Shown here: piece after piece, positions 13,784-28,670 of the stretch
Numbering within the stretch: position 1 is the first letter of the stretch
How the letters are laid out: every line of letters starts with the position of its first letter
DNA from: Eledone cirrhosa
Taxonomy: Eukaryota
Reading direction: 5' to 3'
NCBI GenBank assembly: GCA_964016885.1
Contig: OZ024742.1
Location: 143,530,001 to 143,594,000, forward strand
Length of the DNA: 64,000 bases
Made by a program: the position numbers and the translations under genes
Notes under the pieces: generated by a model
Databases searched by the model: none
What the model saw: the letters and a program-made list of their open reading frames with translations, nothing else
What the model was told of the DNA's origin: nothing

Positions 13784-13815
<32 letters not shown>

Positions 13816-13863
13816 TGTATGTATGTATGTATGTATGTATGTATGTATGTATGTATGTATGTA

Positions 13864-13900
<37 letters not shown>

Positions 13901-13934
13901 ATGTATGTATGTATGTATGTATGTATGTATGTAT

Positions 13935-14481
13935 GGTCGGGTAGTTGGCGACTAAACTGGCAACCCACCAAGGTTTCTTGGTGAGGAGGGTGACTTTGGA
14001 CATCCTGCAGGACTAAAAACAAAACCTGTCAAAGGAGCTCTTAAGAGCCAATGGCCATCCAAAATCACCGGGAGAGATGACCCCTTAGCCTTTGTCAGGG
14101 CAGAATTCTAGGAGAAGGAAAACTCTGATATAACACCTGAAACCCTGATGGTATCCAATGATGTTGACTTGTTCTTCTTTTTGGTAAATATCATCTTGGT
14201 TAAGAGAGTGGGACTGGCTTTGTGCAGTGCCTTTGCTCACTATAAAAGCTTCACGGCACAGGCATTGCTTTATATCTGGAGATCTCTTTGCTCTTGTTGT
14301 TACATGGTACCATGGGCCCAGCACTATGTGTCAATAATTGTCGAAAGTGTAGTGTTTGTACCAGAGTTTTCAAGTTGCTGGCTGGACTAAAAAGTCACAC
14401 TCGTTCAGCGCATCGGTAGGGGTTCTCCTACATGGATATAAAGTAGTGGCCGTACTCGAAAACGAGTTGGCAGCCACCACC
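13935..14481 (+). mobile_element. ~550-bp non-coding retroposon embedded in (ATGT)n
   Basis: Near-identical to 63228-63780. Ends ctcgaaaacgag..gcagccacc(atgt)n. Confidence 0.8.
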
Positions 14482-14577
14482 ATGTATGTATGTATGTATG
14501 TATGTATGTGTGTGTGTGTATGTATGTATGTATGTATGTATGTATGTATGTATGTATGTATGTATGTATGTATGTAT

Positions 14578-15084
14578 GCCAACGACCCAAGGTTTCTTGG
14601 TGAGGAGGGTGACTTTGGACATCCTGCAGGACTAAAAACAAAACCTGTCAAAAGGGCAAAGGAGCTCTTAAGAGTCAATGGCCATCCAAAATCACCGGGA
14701 GAGATGACCCCTTAGCCTTTGTCAAGGCAGAATTCTAGGAGAAGGAAAACTCTGATATAACACCTGCAACCCTGATGGTGTCCAATGATGTTGACTTGTT
14801 CTTCTTTTTGGTAAATATCATCTTGGAGTGGGACTGGCTTTGTGCAGTGCCTTTGCTCACTATAAAAGCTTCACGGCACAGGCATTCCTTTATATCTGGA
14901 GATCTCTCTGCACTTGTCGTCACATGGTACCATGGGCCCAGCACTATGTGCCAATAATTGTCACAAGTGTAGTGTTTGTACCAGAGTTTTCAAGTTGCTG
15001 GCTGGACTAAAAAGTCACACTCGTTCAGCGCATCGGTAGGATATAAAGTAGTGGCCGTACTCTAAAACGAGTTGGCAGCCACGA
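14578..15084 (+). mobile_element. Second tandem, 5'-shortened copy of the ~550-bp retroposon
   Basis: Direct repeat of ~13965-14481, separated from it by (ATGT)n. Confidence 0.8.
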
Positions 15085-15098
15085 TGTATGTATGCATG

Positions 15099-15612
15099 TT
15101 ATCTCTTTCTCTTAATTTCGAGTATATTTTTTGACCGGCCACCTTCCTGGTGGCAAGGTTGTAAAAGAAAAGAAATTGTCATCGCAATAATGTTTTGCAA
15201 ATTTTGAAGGTGCCAGCTATCGCAGCCATTTGTAGACTATGAATTAGGGAGCTGCGCTCTTTGTCCGCAAATCCAAGTTCAGTTATACATTGGTCCAATC
15301 GGGTTGGTATATAACCCGTAGCTCCAATAATGATGGGTAAGAAGCTAAAAGTGTATCTTGGATACTGGATTTGTAAATTCCTCATCAATGGTCCGTAGAT
15401 GTCCTCCTTCTCCTGTATTTTTATGACAACGTTTACATCAAGTGGGCAGCTGATCTCCACAACAGAACACGTTTTCAATGTGTGGTCCCAAACAACAATA
15501 TCGGGCCGGTTGTGCTTTAATTTGGTGGCAGTTTTTAATTTCAGGTTCCACCAGTATTCCTTAGTGCCATCTGTCTCAATATATTCTTCCTCGTTTGTTT
15601 TCAACTTTGTTT
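15099..15612 (-). mobile_element. 3' fragment of R4/Dong-like LINE (RLE domain + 3' UTR) within (ATGT)n
   Basis: ORF 15179-15604 has [10 protein letters not shown]...VVEISCP...PIIIGATG. Flanked by ATGT repeats on both sides. Confidence 0.85.
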
Positions 15613-15680
15613 GTATGTATGTATGTATGTATGTATGTATGTATGTATGTATGTATGTATGTATGTATGTATGTATGTAT

Positions 15681-16080
15681 GAAATACAAGACCAGGCAAA
15701 TGGCGGAGGAACTCAGCAAGGTCAACGGCCATCCAAATAGTATTAAAAAAATTTTTTTTCACTTTCGCCTGGGAGTGAAAGGCCCCCAGTAGTTGTCACA
15801 AAACCTTTCTAAGAGGGGGAAACTCTGAAAAAAAAACCTGCGGCTTCGGAAGCATCCGATGATGTTGACAAATTCTCCTTTTCGGGTAGTGTTTTTGATG
15901 CTCAAAGAGTGTAATTGGTCGAGTGCCAGGCCTTTCCCCACTTAAATAACCTTCACAGCACAGGCATTGTTTGTTCAGGTTATGTTACAGGTTCGTGTGG
16001 CTGGTCGTAGCCTAAAAGTGCACCATTTTCTGTAATCCGACAAGCGATTGCAATACTCTTAGCAGAGTTTGCAGCCATCA
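15681..16080 (+). mobile_element. Diverged relative of the (ATGT)n-embedded retroposon
   Basis: gtcaacggccatcc, ggaaactctg, gatgatgttga, cacaggcattg. Ends gcagccatc(atgt)n. Confidence 0.6.
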
Positions 16081-16129
16081 TGTATGTATGTATGTATGTA
16101 CGTACCTACGTATATATATATATATACAT

Positions 16130-16254
<125 letters not shown>

Positions 16255-16449
16255 ATCACCTCTCTGCACTGGTAATTTCCATCTTCATGTATGCAGAATG
16301 ATACAAGCACTGGAAATGAGACGCTACCGCATCATTTAAAGCATCTGATACTTCAAAAAGCTAGTTGGATTTTCATCAGAAAACAAATAACCTTACATTT
16401 CCATACAACAAAACTTATATTCACCGTCTAAAAAATGTCTATCTCGTGC

Positions 16450-16695
16450 CCGGAAGCTCAACTGGTCAGTGTTTATTCTGTTTTCCGTGAGGTGAAGACT
16501 TCTCCCAGGATAGGACGTCAGTCCATCGCAGGGTTAAAGCCCCCAGGTATTGCTGGTACTCATTTTCAGCTGACTATACTGGAGCTTCATGAAATGAGGT
16601 GTTTTGCTCAAGAACACAACACACAACCCAGTTCATGAATCGACCCCATGACATTATGACCGTACGTCCAACGCCCTTACACCTAGACCACGTGA
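16450..16695 (-). mobile_element. SINE family B copy (another diverged copy on + at ~17205-17400)
   Basis: Similar to 240-495. Confidence 0.65.
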
Positions 16696-17922
16696 CCCCT
16701 ATTTTGACAGCCAGGATTATAATTAAAAACTGCTCTTATACGTACATTTAATTTCTCCTAGATTATGTTACACATAAATATCTATTATTTGATTAATCAC
16801 GTAGCTGATCGTTTAAGTTAAGTTCTAGCTTATATTTGACAAGAATAGCGATTAATATCAATTCTCATCGTGTGTAGGCTTGCTCTTGTCCTGATGGAAA
16901 AACAAATAGTCTTCAAACACGTAAAGAAAATAACTTATGTTTCTCTGCGTGAGAAGAAAACAACAGAAGTCTACTCACACTTGTTCATTTTCACAGCGAA
17001 GTTTATAATTATAAAAATGTAGTTATGTCTATATAAAATTTATCTTAGATATGAATATATATATATATAGTAATATGTGTGTGAATATAATTGTGTATAG
17101 TATTTTATTTACTTGAAGTCGGGCCTTTACTTTGTTTTAATTCTAACTTTTACATTTTTCGCTTTCTTAGTCTTTGTCTCTTTCACTATAGGTTAATGTA
17201 GGAGTGTATAGCCTGCTGGTTAGAATATTAAGCTCACGACCATAAAGGCCGTGAGCACTATTCTTGGTGGTTTGTTGTTTCCTTGAGCAAGACACTTTAT
17301 TTCATGTTGCTCCAGAGTACACATGGCTGTGAAATGTTTGTCATTTGTACATTAATTTCACGAGCAGGCTGTTTCGTTGACCACTTCAACTGGGACACTC
17401 GTCGTATTAATGTTAATTATTTAATAATAATTCCATCAATATTTTAGTGTCATTTAGATGTGTCATCCGAACAGTCATATCATTTTGAAGAAGTATATTT
17501 CTTGTGCATGATTTATTGTATATCCGTTAGTTTTGTTAATACTACAAAAGCTTTTTTCCGTTTTGCCAGAATAGAGCGTGAAACTAATAAATTCGGCATC
17601 AATATTTTAACAACTCTAGGTAGATGAATAGCAAAATCGGTCCCTTAGATCGATGAGACACCTGGTGAGTTATCATGAAACATCTATATGCATTCTCATT
17701 AATCTCAGTCATTTTTACAGCCATGGGGGTTTGAGGCACGGATGAGTGATTAAGAAGTTAGCTTTACTAAATCATGGTTCTGAGTTCTATTTGACTTTTA
17801 TTTTGTGAAAGTTATGTCTTACACCATCACATAGAAAGGCGAAATGCAACTGAAAAATCAAAGTAAATGCCACCTTTTTCTTTGTAGAATCAAATTTCTA
17901 CCCTACTATCTTTACATCAACA

Positions 17923-17982
<60 letters not shown>

Positions 17983-18072
17983 GGAAAAATTTGAACAGGG
18001 ACAAAACAGAGAGGCAGTACAATAAATGTTTATTAATTTCACGCTCAGGAGAGTGGGGGGTTGGTGGGAGAA

Positions 18073-18100
18073 TACGTTTCGGGCATAAGCCCTTCCTCAG
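18073..18100 (-). ncRNA. Minimal hammerhead-like core
   Basis: Minus strand: CTGAGGA a gggc-ttat-gccc GAAA cg TA. No convincing stem I. Confidence 0.45.
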
Positions 18101-18403
18101 GTGAGAAGTGTGGGAACAGAGTTCAAAAGATGTGTAGGGGAGTGGTGGAGAGACATATAGCGAAAGGAAACGGTGCGAATGAAAAAATAACAAATAAAGA
18201 TAAAAAATAAAAATAAAGCATGATCAAAATACAAGGAATGAGAAAATTTAAAAATAAAGGCATGATCAAAATAAACTGAAATTAAAAGGGGGGTAAACAG
18301 GTGGTGGAAGGGTGTGGGGTGAGTAGGGGTGGTGGCGGGTGGAGTGGGGAGAGGGAGACGGGGTGTCCGAGCGGGGAGGGCTGAAGGTGGTGTGTGTGTG
18401 TAG

Positions 18404-18458
<55 letters not shown>

Positions 18459-21400
18459 TAAGGGTTGGGGAAGAACGGGGTTGCATGTTCAGGAAGAGGT
18501 GTGTGTGGGGGGTGTTTTTGTGGGTCGGAGTGTCTGTGCGTGTGTGGATAGGGGGTGGGGGGAGAGGAATCAGGAGGCTGAGGGTGTAAATATGTGGTGG
18601 GAAGCACGTGTGTGTGGGGTTTAAGCGTGTTGTGGGTGTGGGTGGCGTGTGGAGAAAATATATATATATATATCAATAATGAAAAGAGAAGACCAGATTT
18701 CAAATATTCCTTTAATGGCCTGCTTACATCATCAGATCATCACCTAAGACGTCATCGGGTGTAAATTGCAAATATTAAGTTATCAATTACTGGATTACGG
18801 CAAACATAAACAGAGAATAGAATTGATTCAGGGATGGTACACCACCCAGAGTTGCTGATATGACAAACCGGTATAACAGGTATCCTGCCAGTGTCAAGTG
18901 ATAATAGCAATAAACTTCATGTGGGTAAGATCTTACGATACCGAGATTGCTGCAATAGTTTCCCCGGTCTCAAACTGCTGGCCGTTCACCGAAAGGAGCA
19001 GTCATATGCAGAATGATAGCATACAATACGTAATTAGGCGTGGGGCCGTTTGTCGGCGGGAGTTCGCCTCTCTGCGGTCGAAAGACAAAAATAGTGTGCC
19101 ACGCTCTCAATTCCTAGTGGCAAGTGATAGTAACAATAGACCCTTTAGTGACACGTGACGTCACATCAAAGAGGAGTTAAGCAAGGCCTGACCATTTTAC
19201 AGGGGATCACGTTGTCAAAAAGTTCACATTGAAAAAATATAACTATTGTTAAAAGCTCTCTACTAGTATGCTTTCAAATAGAAAATATATATACACTCAC
19301 ACGTAATCTTGATATATCATTATCTTTAATACTAAAAAATATAAATACAAAATAAAATAAACACCATTATACATTTTGAATAATACTGTTCATGCCATTG
19401 CGAAGCAAATCTGTGTATAGAATAGTTCCTTTCTTTTTCTCGTTTATAAAAAAACAATGGACTAATCAGGATGAAAGTTTCTGAAAGAATACATTCCTAG
19501 CCAACTATTTCTCGACTTTGAGTTTCCCAGGATTCCAATTTTTCTATGAACTTCATATTTCCTCCACACATCGTTTCGATACCTAATGTTTGTTTACATT
19601 CCTAGCCATTAGAGACAAATCATATTTACCGTTAATCCGTTAATACCGCTCGGTTGACAAAAGTTGACATGCGTCCACTTGAAGCGATGACAAGAGAATC
19701 AAGTGTATATTTTGCTCGCCTTTAAGTATACATGCACCGAAACTAAGGCTGTAACGCAGACAAAGAGGAAATGTCTTGAACGGAGAAAAAATTGAATGTA
19801 AACATTCGATAAAACCACTGTTATGTCAAATACGTAACTTAGCGGTTCAATAACTATAGATTGATAAAATCAATTATCGGACCGAGATAAATGCTGTGGT
19901 TGGTATTATAGAAGATCTATGGTGTAATTTGTGTTAAAGTGACAATAGATTCAACTTGAAGTGACTCGAGCTTTGAAAGGTCTGAAGGATGGGAGGGGGG
20001 GGGGGGGCACATGGCTCTTGTGGACTGCGCCTCAGGAAGATTTCGTGCAGCAATTTATATTCCATTTAGAATATGATTTCACGTCATAAATACCGCTCCA
20101 TTGGTCGAGAAAAGCCTTTAAAAGCATTGTCCTAACATGACAGCAGACAATCAATGAAATCAGTGGAAGAATAAAAGAACGAACGTTTTTATCTTTTTAT
20201 TGACACAACGACTATTTAATGGAAATACAGAGGTTGTCCTTTGTTATCACAGTATCATAAGAGGTCAAGATATACAAATAAACACACTTCATCATATTCA
20301 TACAGTCATATTTAAAAACAACAAATGAATATATAGCAGAAACGAATGCTCCCTGCTGGTCCATTCTTCGATATTTTAAACCAGCCGATGGAATCTTCTA
20401 GATATGAAATATGTTAAATCCAACCAGGATTGTTATAGAGTTTCACAGGTTTCCTTTTTTGAAAGACAATTGCTATATTCTCTCTCAAAATCTTTAAAAA
20501 AAAAAGATCGTCACATCGGATAATGTAGCCTTACATATACTGTGTCTGAAATAGAAAAAAGATGAGATAACTATAGATGAAATAACGTGTTACGTAGATA
20601 AAGTTGATCAGAGGTAACATGCAGCTAAAGAAGAAGAACAACAGCAGCAGCAGTAGTAGCAATAACAACAAGAAGTATGATGTAACATGTGTAAGAATGG
20701 AGACATGGCTGGAACACATAAAAACGAAGAAAATACACAATAATGAACTGGAGATTGTATGTCATATCTCGGTGTCAACAAGGATTTTATATTGGTGACC
20801 TATCCAGATAAAGAAGGCATCTCTTCCTTATTGAACTCTTCATTAGCTTCAGAGTTTCATCGGCATGTTCTTTAGTTCTTTATTTTATATATTACGTTTA
20901 AGATCTTGCTGGGATTCCATCTATTTAGATTCTTCATTGAAAAAATAGTGGAATAAAATTATATTTTTTGTAACTTAAACAATTCTGATCTTGTATGTTT
21001 TTATGCTGCTGTTGTTTTTCATTATCGTTGCGGTTTTTCAATCCTCGGATAAATCCTTCTACTCGTGAAAATATCATCTTTTGGGGTTTTTTTCAGGCAT
21101 AGTGCATCTAAGAGTACATTATTCAATATATCCCTTTTTCTTCAAGAAAATAATGATATTATAAAGTAGATTTTGCTGATATTTCTACTAAATCGAAAGA
21201 CTACAGACGAAACTTCCAATGTATTCCCTAATAAATATATAGACTAAAGAATACATAAACACACACACAGACGCATACAGTGGCGGACTGGGTCTAAAAA
21301 TATTGGTTGCCAGATGAAGGGGCCCACCTATATATAGAATGCTATCATTTAATTTTTATAATGAATAAATAACATTTTAGAAAAATACATAAGTGGAAAC

Positions 21401-22171
21401 AAAACAGTGCAACCAAATTTTTGCGGTAAAATATCTTACCTTCTCCAATAAAAAATATTATGTATTTTGCGAAATCCAGAGACTTTCAATAATGACGAGA
21501 AGTCGGCTCTAAATATTACTAATAGCTCTAATAAAGCCATGAACGACACCGCATCTTTTTAACTTTGCTTTTGAAAGTAGGTTTATAATTATCAATTTTC
21601 GTTATACGCTAGTAGCTGTCTCGGTGGCCTACTTGGAGGAATCATAGACGATGGTGATCCTGGTCTCAAGTTCGATCCTGGTCGAGAGTAGAGTTCCCAG
21701 TAAACCTTTTCCGTTTTTTTCTATGGGTTGTAAAATAAAAACTGAAAAAGGTTACATGCACATCTTGACCAGAATTGAACCCAAGAACAGGATCTCTACT
21801 GTCTCTAGTACCTACCGTTCGGCCACGGAGACAACTACGAAAATGTTATGAAAATTCATACTTATAAACCTATTTTCAAAATGTTCAAAACAAAGTGTTG
21901 TGGTGTCGTTCATGTCTTTCTTAATGTTATTGCTCGTACTTAAGGTGGGCTTCTAAATCATTTGGGTGTTCCATAAACTACACCCACGTTTTGTTTCTCA
22001 TCTATCTAGACTACATTTTAACCTGCAATCCATGTTTCCTTTCTGTTGCTCCTCATTCCCCCCCCCTCTCTCTCTCTTTCTCTCTGTGATATTTGAATCT
22101 ACTATGATTTGGGCTTACTTTATTCATATATATATGTTTTTGCATGTCAGATTCAAACTTAGAATGATTGG

Positions 22172-22219
<48 letters not shown>

Positions 22220-22627
22220 TCAGAACATCCCGTTAAGGGTGAAAGCAGCGATTCTTTGCTTAAACTTTAATCTGTTATTTTAATAAATAAATAAATAAAT
22301 ATATATACATATATATATAATTTGTTTGCTAAAATAATCAAATTATATTAATTCAACAGTTTAACACACAGGAATAAAAAGGTTGTTACCAAAGGGCTCA
22401 GAAGATTGACAAGTCGACCCTAAATATTACTAATAGCTCTAGGAAAGCCATGAACGACACCACATATTTTAAACTTTGATTTTGAATGTAGGTTTATAAT
22501 TATCAATTTTCATTATACTGTTGTAGCTGTCTCGGTGGCATAGTTGGAGGAATCGTACTATGATTTGGGCTTACTTTATTCATATATATATATTTTTGCT
22601 TGACAGATTCAAACTTACAATGATTGG

Positions 22628-22804
<177 letters not shown>

Positions 22805-22833
22805 ATATATATATATATATATTGTATAGAAGG

Positions 22834-22884
22834 AGCTTCTACAGGACTAGTACTGTTTCATTCAGATGAAATCTTCAGGAAGCT
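22834..22884 (-). ncRNA. Type I hammerhead ribozyme motif (left arm of palindrome 22820-22965)
   Basis: Minus strand: agcttc CTGAAGA t-ttca-tc-tgaa-t GAAA cag-tactagtc-ctg TA gaagct. The mirror copy on + (22901-22951) carries CGGAAGA. Confidence 0.75.
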
Positions 22885-23037
22885 GGGTGTCATATTACCC
22901 AGCTTCCGGAAGATTTCATCTGAATGAAACAGTACTAGTCCTGTAGAAGCTCCTTCTATACAATAAATATATTTTACTCTGCCATGTATTGAGTACCTTA
23001 CTTACTGTGGTTATCCCCGACTCAACCCGCGACCTAC

Positions 23038-23087
<50 letters not shown>

Positions 23088-23254
23088 CAAAGAAAGTGTG
23101 GTAAGCAATCAGGTGGAGCATAACGCACCAGAGTACTCGATACTTAGTGTAGTAGAGTGGGTAATAGGAAAAGAGTCAGGACCCCTAATCGTTAAATTCG
23201 GATGTAGCTGTTGAAACGGCCGGAGCTCAGCCGTCGGTGTCCTGACTCTTTACC

Positions 23255-23399
<145 letters not shown>

Positions 23400-23511
23400 G
23401 TGTGTGTGTGCGTGTGTGGTTGTGTGTGTGTGTGTATCTATCTATATGTATATATATACATATATGTATATAATATATAAGAACAAAAGATAGTTAAAAG
23501 AGTTCCATGTA

Positions 23512-23578
23512 TTTTATTATGCGCATTTCAAAAACAAATATCATCATGCAATAATATTTGTGTTTTCATCAGATAAAA
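23512..23578 (-). ncRNA. Type I hammerhead ribozyme motif
   Basis: Minus strand: ttttat CTGATGA aaacacaaatatt-loop-gatatttgttttt GAAA tgcgca TA ataaaa. 6-bp stem I, long stem II, palindromic stem III. Confidence 0.8.
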
Positions 23579-24411
23579 CAGGAAGACATGATATGAAGGT
23601 TAAAAAACACTTGTGGATAGTTCAGTTTCAAATCAACATATGAGAAGTAGTTTTAGATTGATGTGTGATATTGGGAAAAATATTTTATTTAGAGGGGGGG
23701 GGGGTGGAAAGGATGAAAAAGAGGAGGAGATGAGAGTAAAAAGTGGAGAGGAGGAGTATAATGAGGAAGGATGAGATAGGAGGAGAGATGGGTGATAGAG
23801 AGAGAGCGATAGCTTTTATAACTGAGAAAGATATATTGTTTTACATAGAGAGGTTGAAAACCGTTGGAAGATAATGTATAAATTAAAAGAATTTGAAAAT
23901 TAACGAAGAGAAAAATAATGTAAAGTTAAGGTTTGTATATTGAGGGGTTTGATAATATGTGCGATGAAAAAGAAAATGTTAATATGTATTGAGAATAATA
24001 ATATTTAAGGGTTTAATAATATGTGCGATGTTAAGAAAATGTTGATATGTATTATTAAAAGGAACAGCAGCTTATTTAAGTAAGGAAATGTGAGATGAGC
24101 ATGAATGAGTTAGATGAAAGGGAGAAAAGAATAATGAATTGAGGATGAATAATCTAACGTCAAAACAATGTATATGTTTACGAAGGATTTTTACAAGGTG
24201 ATATAGAGTAAGAATGTATTGTATTATGTAATAATTGATTCTATGTTAGGCAAGAGTGGATGCTTTCCATTATGCTATATTCTAAATCCTGTTCATTAGT
24301 ACTCTCTTGTGGGGGTGTTCTTATTACTATATTAATATCGTCTACGTAACGAGAGTACATGACAAAGTCTATGGAGCTCTCTTCAAGGAGTTCTTTGAGT
24401 CTCCTTTCCCA

Positions 24412-24489
<78 letters not shown>

Positions 24490-24777
24490 TCAGGTTATCA
24501 ATAATGTAGTGATAATATATCGTTACGTTAGAGATGAACAGCGTACGTGCAGGTTTGCTCAACGAGTATAAATTATATTCCGGAGAAAATGTAGAAAGGA
24601 TGAATATAAAATGAAAGTGCTTTTTTTTTAAATTATACATTTGCTATCGAATACTTGCTAACATTATATGATTACGCAAGCAGCGATACATAGGTATTCA
24701 GTCTGTTACAGAAACATATGTCAATACCTAATAAATTCCTTTTTTAAAAAAAAGCACTTTCATTTTATATTCATCCT

Positions 24778-24859
<82 letters not shown>

Positions 24860-26033
24860 ATAAATTCAGCGAGAATCGTATTTCGGCGGGTAGAAATAAG
24901 CGAAACGCAATTTCTGAGTCATGCTAGCAAGCGCTCCATGGACCAAAAGAGACCAGAGCAATAAACATAGGTTATATAGGCCATACAAACTGAGACGGCG
25001 GTTAAGAAGCTATCAATCACCCAAGCCAAAAAAACGAGACAAGCTAAACGGGTCAAACAAAATAAATGAAATATTCACCCGGACCCTTGGAAATGATGGT
25101 ATAATCCAGTACAGGGTTTCTGCGACACCTAAATCAATAATACTGTCTGCTTAAAATAATAAGCTTTTGGTACAATGATCGAACAAGGCTATCACGTTAT
25201 CAACAGGTATCTTGTTCTGCGCCAGCGTTGTGGATCACAGTGTTTTGTAGCAGTGAAAGCACATGTGTAACTTACCGGGGAGAAAACCCCAGATTTTGGC
25301 AAATAAATTCAGTATGTATAAATCAATGCAATATATGCTTGTTTGTCTGTGTCTATATATATGTATGTTTTCATGCATGATTGAATACACTAAGCTTTAC
25401 ATTTAGTAGAATGTACAACCACTGATTCCAGCTATTTGCACTATCGTATATTTTGGTTTCTAGTAATTTCCCGGGGAATTGATTGACCAAATGATTTGCT
25501 TAATTGTTTTATTTATTTAAAAAAAAAATGTATTCTTTCTCTTAGATTTCAGGTATTTTTTGAAAGCAGAGCATTGGCCCCTAAAATACTACAGTAGGCC
25601 CTGCAATGCTACGGTGGGCTCTTGCAATGCTACCGTGGACCCCTGGGACCCACTTGCCATTGGGCAACCTGGCAACCTGGCCAGTCCGCCACTGGACACA
25701 TAAATTCACAATTACAATGGTGTGTGTGTTGGTGTCTGAATGGGTGCGTGTGTTTTTTTTTCTATTATAGCTGAGACGATGGTATCTTGAACGGAGTATC
25801 TAACCTTATCATTGTGTAAATTGAAGAGTTAAAAATACCTGTGATTATAAAGAAAGTGTCTTTTAATTTGTGACAAGAAGTTCTTAGCTATATTTGTAGA
25901 TACATCTAGATTGAATGGGGAGTTGAGCCATGTATACTCTTTACTTATCTCATGGTATCTGATGGAGTTAGACTTGTTTACGTCCATGAAATCATGAGTA
26001 ATGCAGAATTAAGTTAAATGGTTCGTATAAATG

Positions 26034-26071
<38 letters not shown>

Positions 26072-27056
26072 GCATACACACACGCACATATATATATATA
26101 TGTATATATATATATAAACATATAGATTTATATATATACATGTATACTTATATAAATATGTATGTATACGTAGATATATTTATAAATGTGGGCATATATG
26201 TTATGTATGCATATGCACGTATGAATGTAAATGTGTCTGCACATGTGTGTATATGTGTATAAACACATATAGACATACAAACTTATGTCACAGAGAGAGA
26301 GAGAGGGGGGGGGGGAGAAGCACACTTTAAAACAGAGCTAATATTATACACTAAGACTAGACTTATACATATACACGCGAAACCTATTCACCGTTGCAAA
26401 TACAATAAACGTCAGCAAACCTCGTCAATTCTCGTCAAGCCTCGGCAAACGTCGTAGTATAATAAAAGAAATGACTGCCATAAAACTATAGAATATTCTT
26501 ATTATCGGAGTATTTTCTTCGTTTTCTGCTGGATTATTTTTATGGCAACGAAATATTTTAGTAGTCTGTTTGATAGGAGAAAAAATCAGCAAACGTATCT
26601 TTAGCAACAGCCCATGGAATCTTGGTTAATGTATGTTAATGAATGAATGAGATAGTGAATGAATGAGTGAGTTTGTGCATGTAAGTATTGATAGGTAGAT
26701 GATTGACAAGATAAGTGACATGTATTGAGTAAATGTGTGAATTTAGGTTTGTGTTTTGTGTGTGCGACGATGATAATACTATCAACCTCAGACGTAAGCC
26801 CCACTACATGCCCACATTCTATTTATAATTAAAATTTTGGAGGTTGTGCTGTTAGTCATTTTTTTTATCAAATAAAGTTTCTTTCTCTTCATCAGGGATG
26901 TAATTTTGATTTAGAATAATTCAAATTTCTTACTACACTAAGTATATTAGCAGTGACTATACCATTTGGCTTTCATAGTCCTTGTGTGTTAGGTAGACAG
27001 CCAATCATATATACAGAGGGAACGAAAGTTAGTGTGTTAAGCTAACACGCACATAT

Positions 27057-27252
27057 AACAGGTACAATTCCGTTATAACAGGTAAAATTGCGTTATAACG
27101 AATACCATTATAACAAATTGTTCAGTGTAACGAAATTTTTTCAATCACCGAGGTAATAACAAATAAACGCTCGATCTCGTTATAAAGAATTTTTCGTTAC
27201 AACGAAATTTTTTTATACCTCGTGAATTTCGTTATAATGGAATTTCACTGTA
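27057..27252. mobile_element. Small Tc1/pogo-like MITE
   Basis: Repeated cgttataacg motifs in both orientations. Right end cgttataatggaatttcactgta. Confidence 0.45.
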
Positions 27253-28201
27253 TACATAATACATATACAGACGCGAGTGCACACACGCACATACACGTAC
27301 ACACACATATATATATATAAAATTTCAAAACATAGTATCTATAATGCAAGTATCTATAATAGTAGCGGATAACTATAGATAATAGTTGCATAAAACGGGT
27401 AAAGTAGTCATGTAGTTGAAAAAGGGTGCAACGGGATGCCTGCGAAGAAGCGTCTTGTTCACTTCTTCCGTCTCCAGGGGTACTTTACTCGATTTATTCA
27501 ACTATTATCAAATTAGAAATTTCCCAATGATTCGTAAATCACCCAACTCTCGTTCATATATAGGATATAGGATTTAACCGAAGCAACGAGAAATGTGTAC
27601 GTAAACACACAATTTTATATGTAAATATGTAAACGTGTTTTGAATTAGAGCAACGTATGCACTAAATTTATGCAAATTAGCCGATCCAGTTCTCCGTTGC
27701 TGTCACATGTAATGAATATATGTACATGTAGTTTATATAAATTCACATGAGTGAAGGATACTCTCATGTGAAAGTTGCGACGTTTCCAGTTTCTAGTTAT
27801 CTTGCTTTGTTTCCACCCTCCTCTTAAACATTTATAGAGTGGAGTATGTCTTGCACAAGTGTTTGTCAATATAAAATTTAATGTACAGATACTTTTTGTG
27901 TCCATGTTTTTTCACCGTAGGCTAGAACTTGGAAATATTTTAAACACAAGCACGCAACAGAATGTTGTTTACAATGATCAAGGTATAATATGCATCTTTG
28001 ACGATGAAATACTGCCACTTCCATAGTTTCTTCACCCACGAAGGCACTCACGAGCGGTCATGATTGTCTTGTCACTCATACGATTGCATCCTACGTTGAA
28101 GTGCTGCTGGAGTCTATGAGGTAAAGTTTAGGTCTTGCTGTATTAATGTATGTCTTTATCATCAACAGAATCCATGAGAGGGAGGCATCATAGCTTTAAA
28201 G

Positions 28202-28235
<34 letters not shown>

Positions 28236-28438
28236 TTGTGTTTTAACCTTTATTATATACTCCGATGAAAACCGCCTTGTGCTAGGATGAAACGATCGTG
28301 ATTAAATATTCTAAACACTCTTTGATTGTTATTCTTAAAGTATTTCGGATCTGTAACATACTTGTTATTTTACATTGAGCTATTCTCATACTTGTAATTG
28401 GTTAATATTTAATATTACCCACTTTATATATATACGCG

Positions 28439-28551
<113 letters not shown>

Positions 28552-28670
28552 TGATACAATTATATATATATAAAGATTGGCGGCATTTTGCACCCTTTTC
28601 CTCTTTCTCTTTCAAGCTTTAATGCCTCCCTCTCATGGATTCTCTTGATGACAAAGACATACACTAATAC

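Noticed and set aside
14085-14390. Recurrent ORFs MLGPWYHVTT... and MVSNDVDLFF... (also 14735, 63387, 63450)
   Set aside because: Conserved only because they lie in recent copies of one repeat. An indel in the 14578 copy shifts the frame, and there is no recognisable domain.
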